Assembly (NCBI RefSeq): GCF_006345805.1
Contig: NW_021832417.1
Location: 1 to 64,000 of the forward strand
Source of the DNA: Octopus sinensis
Lineage: Eukaryota
Reading direction: 5' to 3'
DNA length: 64,000 nt
Positions 12,880 to 24,053 of this stretch are shown here, piece by piece. Every line of letters begins with the position of its first letter. Position 1 is the first letter of the stretch. Below the pieces are notes generated by a model. It was not told the origin of the DNA, made no database searches, and was given only the letters and a program-made list of their open reading frames with translations. The position numbers and the translations under genes were made by a program.

Positions 12880-14880
12880 ATTATAAATCTTAACCCATTT
12901 CTGTTAAAAGAGAATATTCAAAGAAGATTCTCTTTCTTTATTCCTCTCTGTTTGGTGTTCCAACTTTAATCAGTTATATTAAATCAGACAAGACTCAGAT
13001 ACAAATGCTATGGATGGACAATCAAGAATCTTTTGTTTATGGACTATCTCAAGTAGTATTCTGCAAATGAGAAACAATTAGAAGTGCTACTACAGACAGT
13101 ATGCAGATATACTAGTGAAACTGGTAAGAGATTTGGATTAGAGAAATGTGTTAAGGCAACCTTGAAGAGAACAAAAATAATTAAGAACACTATTATCATG
13201 TGAGATAAAGAAAGAGAGGGATAAGAGAATTAGGCCAAACACGGATTTACAAATACTTAGGAATCAATGAACTGGAGAGAGTACATCACACACAAATGAA
13301 AGAAAAGGTGAGGAAGGAAAATCATAGAAGCATTAGATTGATGCTTAAGAGAGAGCTAAATGAAAAAAATATGATAATGAACATCAGTACTCTTGATGTC
13401 ATAGAAATGAATTATAGTTATGATAGTTCTCAAAAGTGTGTTGAATGAATTAGCAAAACTGGAAAGAAAAACAAGAAAAACAGTTATTGGATTCAGAATA
13501 CACCACCCAAAATCTGACATAGGAAAATTCTATTAACCATGAATGCAGAATTACAGAACTAGAGAAGAATTATAAAACACTCACTGTAGGACAGGAAATA
13601 TCTCATAAAGAACATTGGAGAATTAATACAAATAACAACAAACTATGAACAAAAATATATTTCTGTCTTAAAGGAATCCACAAATATACAACAGAAGCAA
13701 TTAATTATGAGGAGAAAGAAGTAACAATAACTGCAGAATAAGTTTGGAAGAATCAATTAACCACATTGTTTCTGGTTACCTCTACAGGCATTGTAGAATT
13801 GGAGCCTTTCATATAAAAGAAATTATTGCAGTGTTATGATATTGTGAAAAAGATAAAAATGTAATTTTTGAATGCTAAGCAAAATTGACAGCAAGAAAAA
13901 CCACTACATGGCCAACACCTGAAACAGTACCAGAGAGGGTTAGAAACAGTGAAGGAAAGGTAAGAGCTGTTTAAGTCACTACAGAAGGATTCTTGATTGG
14001 AATCTAAGATCAAAGCTTTCCTGCCAGAAACTACTAAAAGTATATAAGGAAGTGAAATACATTTAGTAACTGGAGAATATGTGATGGTTGGAAAGAAACA
14101 ATTAACTGCATTGCTTTTAACTACATATAAGTATGACAGAGTTGAAGGCTTTCATACAATAAAACTTTTGCCAGAATTATGAAATACCAACAGAAAAGAG
14201 ATGGCATGAAAACTCACCATTCAGAGAATGATGAAGTAAACCATACTTACTGATTTCCATAAATATAGAGAGATCAAGACTAATTTGCCAGTTATTTTCA
14301 CAGACTACCAGGAAGAGAAGGGACACATAAAGGAAACATCAGTCCCAACAAATGAAAATAGAACTCTAAAAGAAATTACTTAATAAAAAAAAAACTGGAA
14401 AGAGAGATAATAAGAATGTGGAGATTGAAAACAAAATCTTTCATAATAGTAGTTTGGGAAATGATTGAACAACATGCTGACAAATGCATAACCTAAATCC
14501 CAGGACTTAAAAATATATGCAGATTATAAAGCTAAATAGCCCTACAAAGCACTCCATACATGTTACATAATCGAAATATAAAGATCCAGAAGTAGAGATA
14601 ATCAGAATATGGAGATTAGAAACAGGAATAATCTTTATAATCTCTGTAATAATCTCTGCCTTGAGAATAATTATAGAAAATGCAGAGCCAAAACCCCACA
14701 ACATACAGTATACACAACATGCAAAAATAAAAGAAAAAGCCCTAGGTATTACATAGAGCACTTTTCAATAATAGAAAACACCAAAACAAAACATTGCACT
14801 TACACAAGTCATACAGATTTCCATGTAGTAATGCAGTGAAAGCACACCATAAATGTAAGATTTATGTAAAATATAAATAA
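12880..14880 (+). mobile_element. Decayed R4/Dong LINE (RT domains 4-7 through endonuclease and 3' end)
   Basis: Manual translation gives DSLS(P)LFLS..KNLLFMDYLK*YSANEKQLEVLLQTVCRYTSETGKRFGLEKCVKATLKR (decayed YMDD motif). The region ends in an (AAT)n run at ~14875. Confidence 0.75.
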
Positions 14881-14899
14881 TAATAATAATAATAATAAT

Positions 14900-15097
14900 A
14901 AATGGTTTCTTATTTAGGTATTAGGCCAGTAATTATGAGTGGGATGAGTAACTTTTAACATTAATCCCAGTACTTGATAGGTACTTTATTGACTGGGAAA
15001 GGAAAAATGACAAACTCGACCTTGGTGGAATTTGAACTCAGATCATAAAATCAGAAAAAAAGGTGCTGTACTAACAATTCCGTCAGCTTGCTGACTT
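14900..15097 (-). mobile_element. Octopus-type SINE, same family as 2146-2530
   Basis: ctcgaccttggtggaatttgaactcaga is the reverse complement of the B-box head seen in the other copies. Confidence 0.75.
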
Positions 15098-15149
15098 AAT
15101 AATAATAATGATAATAATAATAATGATAATAATAATAATAATAATAATG

Positions 15150-15185
<36 letters not shown>

Positions 15186-15203
15186 TAATAATAATAATAA
15201 TAA
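15098..15203. repeat. (AAT)n microsatellite
   Basis: About 35 AAT/GAT triplets, directly visible. Confidence 0.97.
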
Positions 15204-15204
15204 T

Positions 15205-15636
15205 GTGATCACAATACCCTGTGATCACAATATAGTGGCGAAAGAATTTGACAAGATTAGTAAATATAAAGACCTGCCAATAGAAATTGAAAAATGTGGC
15301 ATTTCAAGGCGACTACAGTACCAGTGATTGTAGGATCTCTAGGAATGATAAAAAAAGGTACTGAAACCTATTTGAAAATGATTCCAGGCTTACCATCCCT
15401 ACAGGAAGTGCAAAAAATCGTATTAACTGGAACGGCTCATGTACTGAGAAGAGCACTATCGCTGTGAAAATAACATCCATCCATGAATTTATTTATTTAT
15501 TCATTTTTAAATACATATTTTATCTGTGAATTTGCACGTGTAATCTGGGAATGCATACAATGCCCTTCTCTGCCCTAGGTGTATGGAAAACACTCGGCGA
15601 GAAACGGAAGAAAATTTGAAGAAAGAAGGAAAAAAC

Positions 15637-15672
<36 letters not shown>
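15205..15672 (+). mobile_element. 5'-truncated R4/Dong 3' end with 3' UTR and (AAT)n tail
   Basis: IPCDHNIVAKEFDKISKYKDLPIEIEK/MWHFKATTVPVIVGSLGMIKKGTETYLKMIPGLPSLQEVQKIVLTGTAHVLRRALSL* is a typical REL-domain C-terminus. (AAT)n lies on both sides. Confidence 0.85.
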
Positions 15673-15674
<2 letters not shown>

Positions 15675-15855
15675 CCTTTCTACTATAGGCACAACACCTG
15701 GATTTTCTGGGAAGGGATACTTAATTATATTGACCCTGAAAGGATGAAAGGCAAAGTCAACCTCAGTGGAATTTGAACTCAGAACATAACAGCAGACGAA
15801 ATACCACTTAGTATTTTATCTGACACGCTAACAATTCTGCCAGCTCACCACTTTC
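15673..15855 (-). mobile_element. Octopus-type SINE, well preserved
   Basis: tattgaccctgaaaggatgaaaggcaaagtcaacctcagtggaatttgaactcagaac..cagacgaaataccac..acgctaacaattctgccagctcacc. Confidence 0.85.
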
Positions 15856-15896
15856 TTAATAATGATAATAATAATCATAATAACAATTATAATAAT

Positions 15897-16490
15897 AAAT
15901 GACCTGATGCAGTACCAGGCAGTGACTATTGTGAATTTTGATCTTAACTGATTAGAAGTGTTATCATCTACCTGTTTTGTCTTGGTATAAGAATATGGGC
16001 TACAGCAAATATTATGCTCAATACCACAGATTTGCTTGACCTCAACCAGTTGAGTATGTCCCTGAGTGGCTGACGACATGCGCATCTCTGATCATGAGCA
16101 GAAGTAGTGGTGGGGCATCATAGCCATGTGTTGAGAGGAATTCTTTCATGTTTGAATAATTCACCTCTGGAAACGTGTGTGTTTCATTCATCATATTTAA
16201 ACATTGTTCAGGGAACTTTTGAGTGAGATGGTTTACTTGACCTGAAGAAAATTCTAACTGGGCCCTACCTGGAGGCCATGTGCTGTTTATCTTGATATGT
16301 GATCGATATGTTGTGCATATGTGGTTGTGATGCCTGTGCCTGGTGTACCCTTATCAGACAGGTAGTCATGATGGATATATTGGGCTTTGTATATTTGTAC
16401 TCCAGTGTAACTTTGTTGACATGTGGTGCTCTCTCACTCAACAACAACAACAACAACAACAAAAACAACAACAACAGTAATAATAATAAA
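15897..16490 (+). mobile_element. 3' end and long 3' UTR of an abundant Octopus non-LTR element, with (AAC/AAT)n tail
   Basis: Short ORF end NDLMQYQAVTIVNFDLN*, then ~480 bp ending ctctctcactc plus (AAC)n; flanked by AAT runs. Family recognised from memory only. Confidence 0.55.
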
Positions 16491-16859
16491 GTTAGCAGCC
16501 ACCCATTAGCACCTCTGTATTAATACTACTGATAGAGCCGGTACCACTCAGGACAGCAGTAATAATAATAACAAATATCCTGAGAACAAACATGGCAAAG
16601 AATGTCTTCATGGGAATAAATCTACGAAGAGTGAAGAGGGTCCCTTTATCCTTGGCTGGCAACCCCTAGAAATGCTGTCTTGATAAAAACACTGCTGGTT
16701 GTGACATGTCACCAACACAGCCCTCTTTATAAGTGCAACAAGTGAAGGTCTTTCACATGACAGATGCTCTGTTGCACAGTAGGGAGGACCTGATCATTAT
16801 CCAAGTATTGCTACAAAAGTTAGGATGAAATGGACTCAAAATGACAATAGAACTGTTAT

Positions 16860-17200
16860 GCTATTACAGAAGTGAGTTTATCAAAATAGATACCAGAAAA
16901 GAATGTATATACTTAAAAGATTGAAAAAACAGAGAAATATCAGGATCTAGCCAGAGAGCTGAAGAGACTGTGGAAGACCAAGACAACAATTATTCCTATA
17001 ATTGGTGAACTTGGTACAACACCTAAAATACCACCTAAAAGACTGAAAGAGATTGGAATTGAAACACACATTGTCGATCTGCAGGAAAGTAACATCATAT
17101 ATTCTGCAAGAGTACTAAGGAAGATTCTTGAGATTTGAGATTTGTTGTCACCAAACCTCAAGAGAAAATACCTGCTGTTTAATTTAGCATGCACTAACAA
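16860..17200 (+). mobile_element. R4/Dong REL C-terminal fragment
   Basis: KIEKTEKYQDLARELKRLWKTKTTIIPIIGELGTTPKIPPKRLKEIGIETHIVDLQESNIIYSARVLRKILEI*. Confidence 0.85.
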
Positions 17201-17813
17201 AATATAATATTTAAGAGAATATTAGATCTAATTTAAAGTAATATGCTTCACTCAGCTAACTGTCAGACAAATATGATTATGACAATAATCAAATATTATA
17301 CCTTCTTCTTAACATCCTAACATGCATTTTTGCCACACTGGCATGGATTGCAAGTATCAGCCATACAACCTATTGTCAACTGTTTCCATATGTTGTCAGC
17401 TTTTCTAAAATTTCACTATTTCATTTTATGTTTTTTTTTCATTCTCTCCCTTCCACAGATATCTTCTAATGAGAGTACATACTACTTTTGTTATTTGTCA
17501 TCCCTTGTCCATATCCATCAAATGATAATACAAGTGCAGTCATCTTTCAGAAAAACTTTGAATGCTGCTCTTACTGTTTACTTGTGCTGTTTTTCATGAA
17601 TTATTTTCTGATATACACTATATGAATCAGGCTTGTCTCAGATATACCTAACCATCATAGTGCTTCTACATTTAGTGTTAGTTTGTATAAAATCCTTCAG
17701 AGAGAGAGGGAAAGTGAAGAAGAGTGGGAGAAAAGAGAAAGAAACACATATATACATTTATATATGTATTTCATGTATATCTGTATATGTATATATACAT
17801 GCATGTATGTATA

Positions 17814-17865
<52 letters not shown>

Positions 17866-18182
17866 TTAATAGTAGGGTATATAAAATTCCAAGGCAACAG
17901 GGGAAAACAAACTCAATTTAATAATATTAAATCAAATTTCACAATATATTAAATATATATAGAATTAAGAGACAGAACCTCCATTAAGAAATTCAATTAA
18001 TAATGAAAGATATTATCTATAATAAAATGTAAATTTAAATGTATTATTATTAACATTCTACTAAAAATTTCTATTCTGATTAATACACATTAAAGAAATA
18101 AACATTAAAACTACATTATTATTAATATTGTACTAAAAATTTCTATACTAAATAATACACATTAAAAAATGTACATTAAAAC

Positions 18183-18289
18183 GATAATGCACATTTCGTG
18201 ACTATGTATACAAATCTACGATATCAAAATCAATAATCTCAAAAATTAATATTTCTTCAGTCCAACGATACATAACCACTCTTCAGGTC
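18183..18289 (-). ncRNA. Degenerate type I hammerhead-ribozyme-like motif with long stem II (HHR-A)
   Basis: Minus strand: GAC CUGAAGA GUGGUUAUGUAU..(58 nt)..AUACAUAGUCAC GAAA UGUGCAU U AUC. Stem II is 12 bp with 2 G.U pairs; stem III AUGUGCAU is self-complementary with wobbles; stem I is weak (1 mismatch of 3). Confidence 0.5.
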
Positions 18290-19082
18290 TCAATAACATT
18301 AAATAAATTCACAACATAAAACGAAGACGTTATTCTTACACCATACATTTATAAATAATTGATAAGATTTAACAGTCTTAAAGTAAAGTAGGAGCATGAC
18401 TTATCTTATTGATGAGCACCAGTTAACTCCACAAATTAAAGATGGCTACTGAAGTTGTCCTCTATTTATATGATTTACAATGTAGGAGAGATAATTCGTA
18501 ATTATTGAATACCATTTCTAAAGAAAATACTATCCTCTATTTAAGATTCCCGGTGTAGGGGAGATAATTATAAAAACATTTCAAATATTAAAAATAAGAA
18601 AAAATAGAAAATATATATATATATATGAAGGAAAAAAAATTAGTTTCCGTGGTTAATTTATTCAGATAAATAAGTAATCAGATAGAATTTACTGGTTTTT
18701 ATGAAAAGTAAAAACATTATTTATCTTATTTTTGTCAGTTAACTGGAATTTTAGACGTTAGACTAAAAATTAAAGTTATAATTTAGAATTTATAATTTAC
18801 AAATTTGGGATTAAAATTATACTAGACTAAAATTATACTAAAACCATGTTAAAAATTAACTACAAATTTATCGTTACAAGAATTCTGTAGCTTTAAATCA
18901 ATACGTAAATAATAATTTTAGGACTGATAAGTAGAAATATGTATTATAACATTGAAAATCGAAATGTTAACCGTTAAACTAACATTTAGCGTTGCAAAAA
19001 AATTCTGTTAATTAGAGATATTATGTAAATTATTACTACAGAGGATCTGAACAGAAATATGTATTTTAACTAAAATAACAGA

Positions 19083-19149
19083 TAGTGGTGACAGTTATGT
19101 TTTACAATTTACAACTGTTGTAAATTGTAAAATATAACTGTCACCACTA
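19083..19149. repeat. 67-bp near-perfect palindrome
   Basis: tagtggtgacagttatgttttacaatttacaac-t-gttgtaaattgtaaaatataactgtcaccacta: 33-bp arms, 1-nt spacer, one mismatch (G.U on the + strand). Confidence 0.97.
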
Positions 19150-19154
19150 CTTCA

Positions 19155-19199
19155 TGAACCTGAAGATTGCATAGTTTAATGCATGAAAGTACTAGTTCA
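19155..19199 (+). ncRNA. Minimal type I hammerhead-ribozyme-like motif (HHR-B)
   Basis: UGAAC CUGAAGA U UGCAU AGUUUA AUGCA U GAAA GUACU A GUUCA: 5-bp stem I, intact core, 5-bp stem II closed by a U.U mismatch, perfect palindromic stem III AGUACU, putative cleavage after CUA (19194). Confidence 0.7.
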
Positions 19200-19581
19200 A
19201 TCAGAATGGACATTTAGCATTCTATCATTTTATTATATTATGTTATATTACTATAAGATTGTAAATAAAATGTGAAAATCAGACAAAGTTGGAATTTCTT
19301 TGAGTAAAACACACACACACACACAACACAACACAAAATTTTTAAACAAGAATATCAATGACAGTAACTTTGCTCTTTCAGCCAGTTTAGCAATCATCAA
19401 ACCATGCAGCCCAACAAGGGTTCAACTGGCTCAAAATGTAAAGCCAGTGTCAATAATATTTTTGTTTAAGAATAATAAATTGGTACTCTACAAATGTATA
19501 GAGTAACCCTCAGATTAATGTAAAATTTTTTATTATAAGTGAATATAAAAATAACCATTAACACACACACAACATATATAT

Positions 19582-19625
<44 letters not shown>

Positions 19626-19631
<6 letters not shown>

Positions 19632-19831
19632 ATCCAAACAAGAAAACAAAAAAAACACAACAACGCGAGGACGTGGAACAAATAAAGTATTATTGGATGC
19701 TCAGGAAAGAAGGGAAGAAGGAGGGTTTAACGTTTCGAGCGGAGCTCTTCGTCGGAAACATAGGAGAAGGAAAGATCCTGAGAAGGGAAGACAGAGGAAA
19801 AAATCGCCAGTGGTACTCACGAGGTCACATA
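19626..19831 (-). mobile_element. ~210-bp HHR-bearing short interspersed repeat (PLE pLTR/retrozyme-like), copy 1
   Basis: Aligns along its length with the reverse complement of 39719-39929; abuts a (TA)n run. Confidence 0.75.
19725..19759 (-). ncRNA. Minimal type I hammerhead-like motif (HHR-C)
   Basis: Minus strand: GUUU CCGACGA A GAGC UCC GCUC GAAA CGU U AAAC. Perfect 4-bp stems I and II, palindromic stem III ACGU; the core has U4>C. Confidence 0.7.
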
Positions 19832-19867
19832 TTGAAAGACCGGAAGTAGAAAGGTGGAAGAATAATG

Positions 19868-20146
19868 TTTGTGTGTGTGTGTGACGAATGAAGAAAAACA
19901 AGAAAAACAGGAGAGACAAGATTACACAAAGGTGTTAGTAGGTTCATGCAAGAAGAAAAAGAGGAAAGAAAATGATGGGTCTCCTTTCTACAACCTTCTC
20001 TTTAACTTACTTTTGATGAAGGATGCCATATCTGAAATGTTAAAGACCCTTTTCCTTTTTCTTTTGAAGTGTGAACCTATTAACACCTTTGTGAAAATTG
20101 TCCCTCGTGTTTTTTCTTCTTTTTGTTCATTCATCACACACACACA
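19868..20146. repeat. ~280-bp imperfect fold-back (arms ~19868-20006 / 20039-20146)
   Basis: gaatgaagaaaaacaagaaaaacaggagagacaagattacacaaaggtgttagtaggttca matches the reverse complement of tgaacctattaacacctttgtgaaaattgtccctcgtgttttttcttctttttgttcattc. The arms include the flanking (TG)n/(CA)n tracts. Confidence 0.85.
20010..20045 (+). ncRNA. Degenerate minimal hammerhead-like motif at the fold-back centre (HHR-I)
   Basis: CUUU -UGAUGA A GGAU GCCAU AUCU GAAA UGU U AAAG: same layout as HHR-C/H, with C3 missing and two C>T changes at former CpGs. Confidence 0.55.
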
Positions 20147-21839
20147 CCACCACCACCACCACCACTACCACCACACTCCACACTCATATATGTACATATA
20201 TCCTCTGTGTACTCCTGTTTTTAGAATAGGTACACCCATTTCTCAGCATGCTGCAAAAGGCAACTATAAGAATAAGCATAGAGAAGAGTATCTGCTGGCC
20301 TTAAAATACTACCCCAAAAATCCCATGTAACCCAAGCTAACATGGAAGTGTGGACATGAAAATGATAATGATGATGGTGATGATGATGATGATGATAATG
20401 ATGATGACAATGACGACAATGATGATGATTTTGAAGAGGATACTGAAGTATAGCTTGCTTTGATTTACTTCAAATTCTTTTATTGCACGGTTACATTTCT
20501 ATAGTATTATATTTTCATTTGTCTCAAAGATAAAAAAATAAAAAGCTCCATTAAATAGTGTCAATTTTTCACTAAATTGAACATCTGTGAAATTATTTTT
20601 CACTGACCATTATTTATTACCTTATCTGCTAAAATTGGAATAGTTGAAATGTCTGTCATGTGTGAGAAATGAGTTTAATTTTTATTTTTACTCTTATGTT
20701 TATTATTATTTTCTTCAAGTATCTGGGAATGGTATAGAGCGGAGGTCTCTGAAGAGAAATTGGAAGAAAGGAAAGGACTAAAAATATTGGGTATCATCCA
20801 AATTTGTTGACCTTTTCACTTTTGTTATGAACTGATAAAGTTTCCTTGTTTTTACAATCAATTTCATCTATTAACTTTGATGTTTACATGAGTGAAAACA
20901 TATGAAGAAGTGATCTTTCTTGTCTCCTCTTTATATATAAATGATCTATGTGTAAACATATTTATGCTTACATGTAGGCATTAAATACGTATGAGTGTAC
21001 ATATACATGTGTGTATGTATATGCTATCATCACCATCATTTTACACGTACTTTCCATATAGTCATGGGTTGAACAGTCATCAGAATCCAAGTTACTTCTT
21101 ATTTAGAGTTTCTATACTCCTAGATAGACTAAGGGACCATGTCTCTCATATATTGTTTTCTTGGCATGGTTTCTAACTCTTGTTGCCTTACCTCACATCA
21201 TCTACTTTAAAAGTGTAAACTGAATGCAATGTATTGTTGCACCAGTGCTAGAAAAGTAGTCATGTTGTTGTCAAGACAAAATGTAAGGATTCACCTGGTA
21301 CTACATTGTTTCTGTTCATCTATCCATCATTTAAAACTTTACTGAGTGCATTTTATCATGACACCAGCACCAGTAACTTTACTGTGTGCATTACGAAACA
21401 AATAAGTTTTCACTGTTCTATGTTGTTTTTGTTGGTTCAGGGCAATGTAACCAGTAGAACAGGTAACAGAGAAAATGATAGCAGAAGATGAACTAAGATG
21501 GGATAAAAAAAAAAGTGTATGTATAAATTGGAAATCTTCATCACAAGTCTTGATCTCTCTCTTCCACAGATTCCATTCATTTTGATTCTGAACTGTTTTC
21601 TATACTGCTGTTAATCTCCTTACAAACTACTTGTCTGTACAAACACAGATTCTCAATTGCACATTGCATCTGATTCTACTTATATGGGGGGTTTCCTCTC
21701 AGCTATTTGTACTTAGTGTTCATGAACACTAACACTATATATCTAATGAAGTATAATCCCTTCGTTTCTTTTAAGTTCCCCAAATTCTCTGCAGTCAAGG
21801 ACTATGTCCCTTTGCAATAATGCATGATACTTCTTACAC

Positions 21840-22035
21840 TAGCAAGGCATCACAAGCCTTTCTGAGGGAGAAATTTTTTGCTGCCAGCATAAATATTTTC
21901 TCTCTGAAACTTTTTACAACCCATTTTAACTCTAGCTTTTATACTTTTAGAACACTGACCCTCACTGCTACTGTGGTGACCAAGGTAACAGAAGATGCCA
22001 GTTATCTCTAGGGAGTCAACTGGGGATTTGAACAG
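21840..22035 (-). mobile_element. RTE LINE fragment
   Basis: End of ORF 21850..22188 FCYLGHHSSSEGQCSKSIKARVKMGCKKF is homologous to FRYLGDQVSSGGGCTESVTARVRIAWAKF at 35.55 kb. Confidence 0.7.
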
Positions 22036-22479
22036 AATCTTAGTCTTGCAGACTGTGTGGTAACTATACAAATGTTGATGCCATGACAAAACGCATGCAT
22101 TACACACTATAAAGGCATTAGACAGGGCATCCAAGTTAGAAACCATGCCAAAGCAGACATTGGAGCATGATGTAGTCTTCAGACCCACTGTATCATGTCA
22201 AACTATCGAACTCATGCCAACATGGAGCATAAATGTTAAATGATGATGATACATATATGTATTCAAATATATATATATAGATAGATGTGTGTGTGTGTGT
22301 ATGTATGTGAGTGGGAGAGAGAGAGAGAGAGTATTTGTGTGTGTGTGTGTGTGTGTGTATGAGAATGTCTGGATTTTGTGTCTTTTGTATTGATGGAGTG
22401 TGCTAATTTTGGGGAAAATGCTAACATGCTGCTCAGGTGAGTGAAATTATAGGGAGTGCTATATGTTCTTAATTTACTG

Positions 22480-23100
22480 AGAATAAAATTTCCTGATATA
22501 AACTGTGGTTTATATCATAACGATGGTCTGAATCTATTGAGAAATTGTATTGGTCATGAGTTAGACAAATTTAGGAAAGATTTGATTAAAGTATTTCAGT
22601 AAATACAAACCTTATTGCTGTGAATTTTCTAGATGCAACATTAAGACTGGCCAATAATAGTTTCGCACCATGCCACAAACCAAATGAGAAGTTGGTATGT
22701 ATACATAGATAATCGAATCATCCACCTTGCATATTGAAGAACTTGATTGACATTATTAGAAAACAGACACCCTTTTTACCTTCTGATAAAGATGTTTTTA
22801 TGTGTGTACATGGGTATTATATTGAGGTGCTTAGAAATAGTGGGGTCTGTTATAAGATTAGATACACAAAAATCACTAAGAATGCACACTATAAGAATAG
22901 GAATAGAAAAAGGGATACTTTATGGTACAACGTAGTATTTAAGCTAGCAGTAAAAACTAATATAACTGAAGAGTTTGTTAATTCAAGAAATCAACATTTT
23001 CTGCCAGGACATATGTATAGAAAACTATTGAATAAGAACTCTGTTAAGGTTAACTATTCAGCTTGCAAAAATATTTCAGGTGTTGTATCTGAAATTATAA
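22480..23100 (+). mobile_element. Penelope-like element RT C-terminal/thumb-linker fragment (pseudogenised)
   Basis: GLYHNDGL (decayed YxDD)..VNFLDATL..HKPNEKLVCIHR*SNHPPCILKNL..RNRKRDTLWYNVVFKLAVKTNITEEFVN..HFLPGHMYRKLLNKNSVKVNYSACKNISGVVS follows the motif order of PLE RT-linker regions. Includes ORF 22734..23126. Confidence 0.8.
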
Positions 23101-23159
23101 TGCTGTGGTGTATTCCTTTCAACTAACTTATAAATAAAAGGTATAAACTTTTTGCATAG

Positions 23160-23262
23160 GCACATGCATGGCTGTGTGGTAAAATGTTTGCTCCCAGCTA
23201 CATGATTCCCTGATTTAATCTCACTGTGTGGCACCTTGGGCAAGTGATTTTCTAGTGGATTT
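23160..23262 (+). mobile_element. OK-type SINE 5' head (truncated)
   Basis: gcatggctgtgtggtaaaatgtttgctcccagctacatgattcc..tcactgtgtggcaccttgggcaagtg. Confidence 0.8.
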
Positions 23263-23269
23263 TTATAAT

Positions 23270-23765
23270 CCCTGATATTATAATATTAAGGATTTGCATT
23301 CTCTCCTCAAGATCCCAAGTTCAACCATACTTTGCTCCAGATGGGTCAGTATGTATGTTGCTCTAATGGTAATAGGTATGTAGTTGAGAGTGTAACTTGG
23401 GTACTGGATTTATAAACTTCTTATCAATGGTCTACTGATGTCCACTTTCTCTTGTATTTTTCTAACCACATTGGTGTGCGGAGGGTAGCTGGAATCCACA
23501 ATGGAGTATATCTTTTCCTTGTGGTCCCACATAACAATATCTGGCCGGTTGTGTTTTAAACTTGTGGCTATTTTAATTTTTAAGTACTACCCATATTCTT
23601 ATGACCCATTGTCTCAATATACTCAACTTCCTTTGTAGGCGTTTTCTTTTTCGATATACTGTTCTAAACTGTTCAGGCCACCACATCAAGCCTCATGGAA
23701 AGATAATATCTAGAAGACATTCTCTAGCAGCTGGCAGTAATGTGGTTGAAGTCTTCAGTCTTGGT
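23270..23765 (-). mobile_element. R4/Dong zinc-knuckle/REL endonuclease fragment
   Basis: Minus strand: KTEDFNHITASC..KIATSLKHNRPDIVMWDHKEKIYSIVDSSYP..YIPITIRAT; RPD motif of REL endonucleases. Confidence 0.75.
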
Positions 23766-23951
23766 CTTGATCTTGTGTGTGTGTGTGCATCTGTGCGTGT
23801 GTTTACATTTGTGTGAGTGTGTGTGCGCATGCATGTGTGTGTATGTGTACATATATATATATGTATATATATAAATATAAATACAAATATATACATATGT
23901 ATCTATATCTATCTATGTCTCTCTCTTTCTCTCTTTCTCTTGCTATATATA

Positions 23952-24003
<52 letters not shown>

Positions 24004-24053
24004 GTATATATAAAACAAAATGAAATTGAAAATTCTTTGGTATTACTTATTCA

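Noticed and set aside
17870-19080. Possible mitochondrial insertion (very AT-rich, CpG retained)
   Set aside because: No mitochondrial tRNA, rRNA or protein motif recognised, and flanking HHR motifs favour a PLE origin; a BLAST search is needed to exclude it fully.
19869-20330. 153-aa ORF with a poly-His stretch
   Set aside because: Runs through a fold-back repeat and CA/CAC microsatellites; no recognisable domain.
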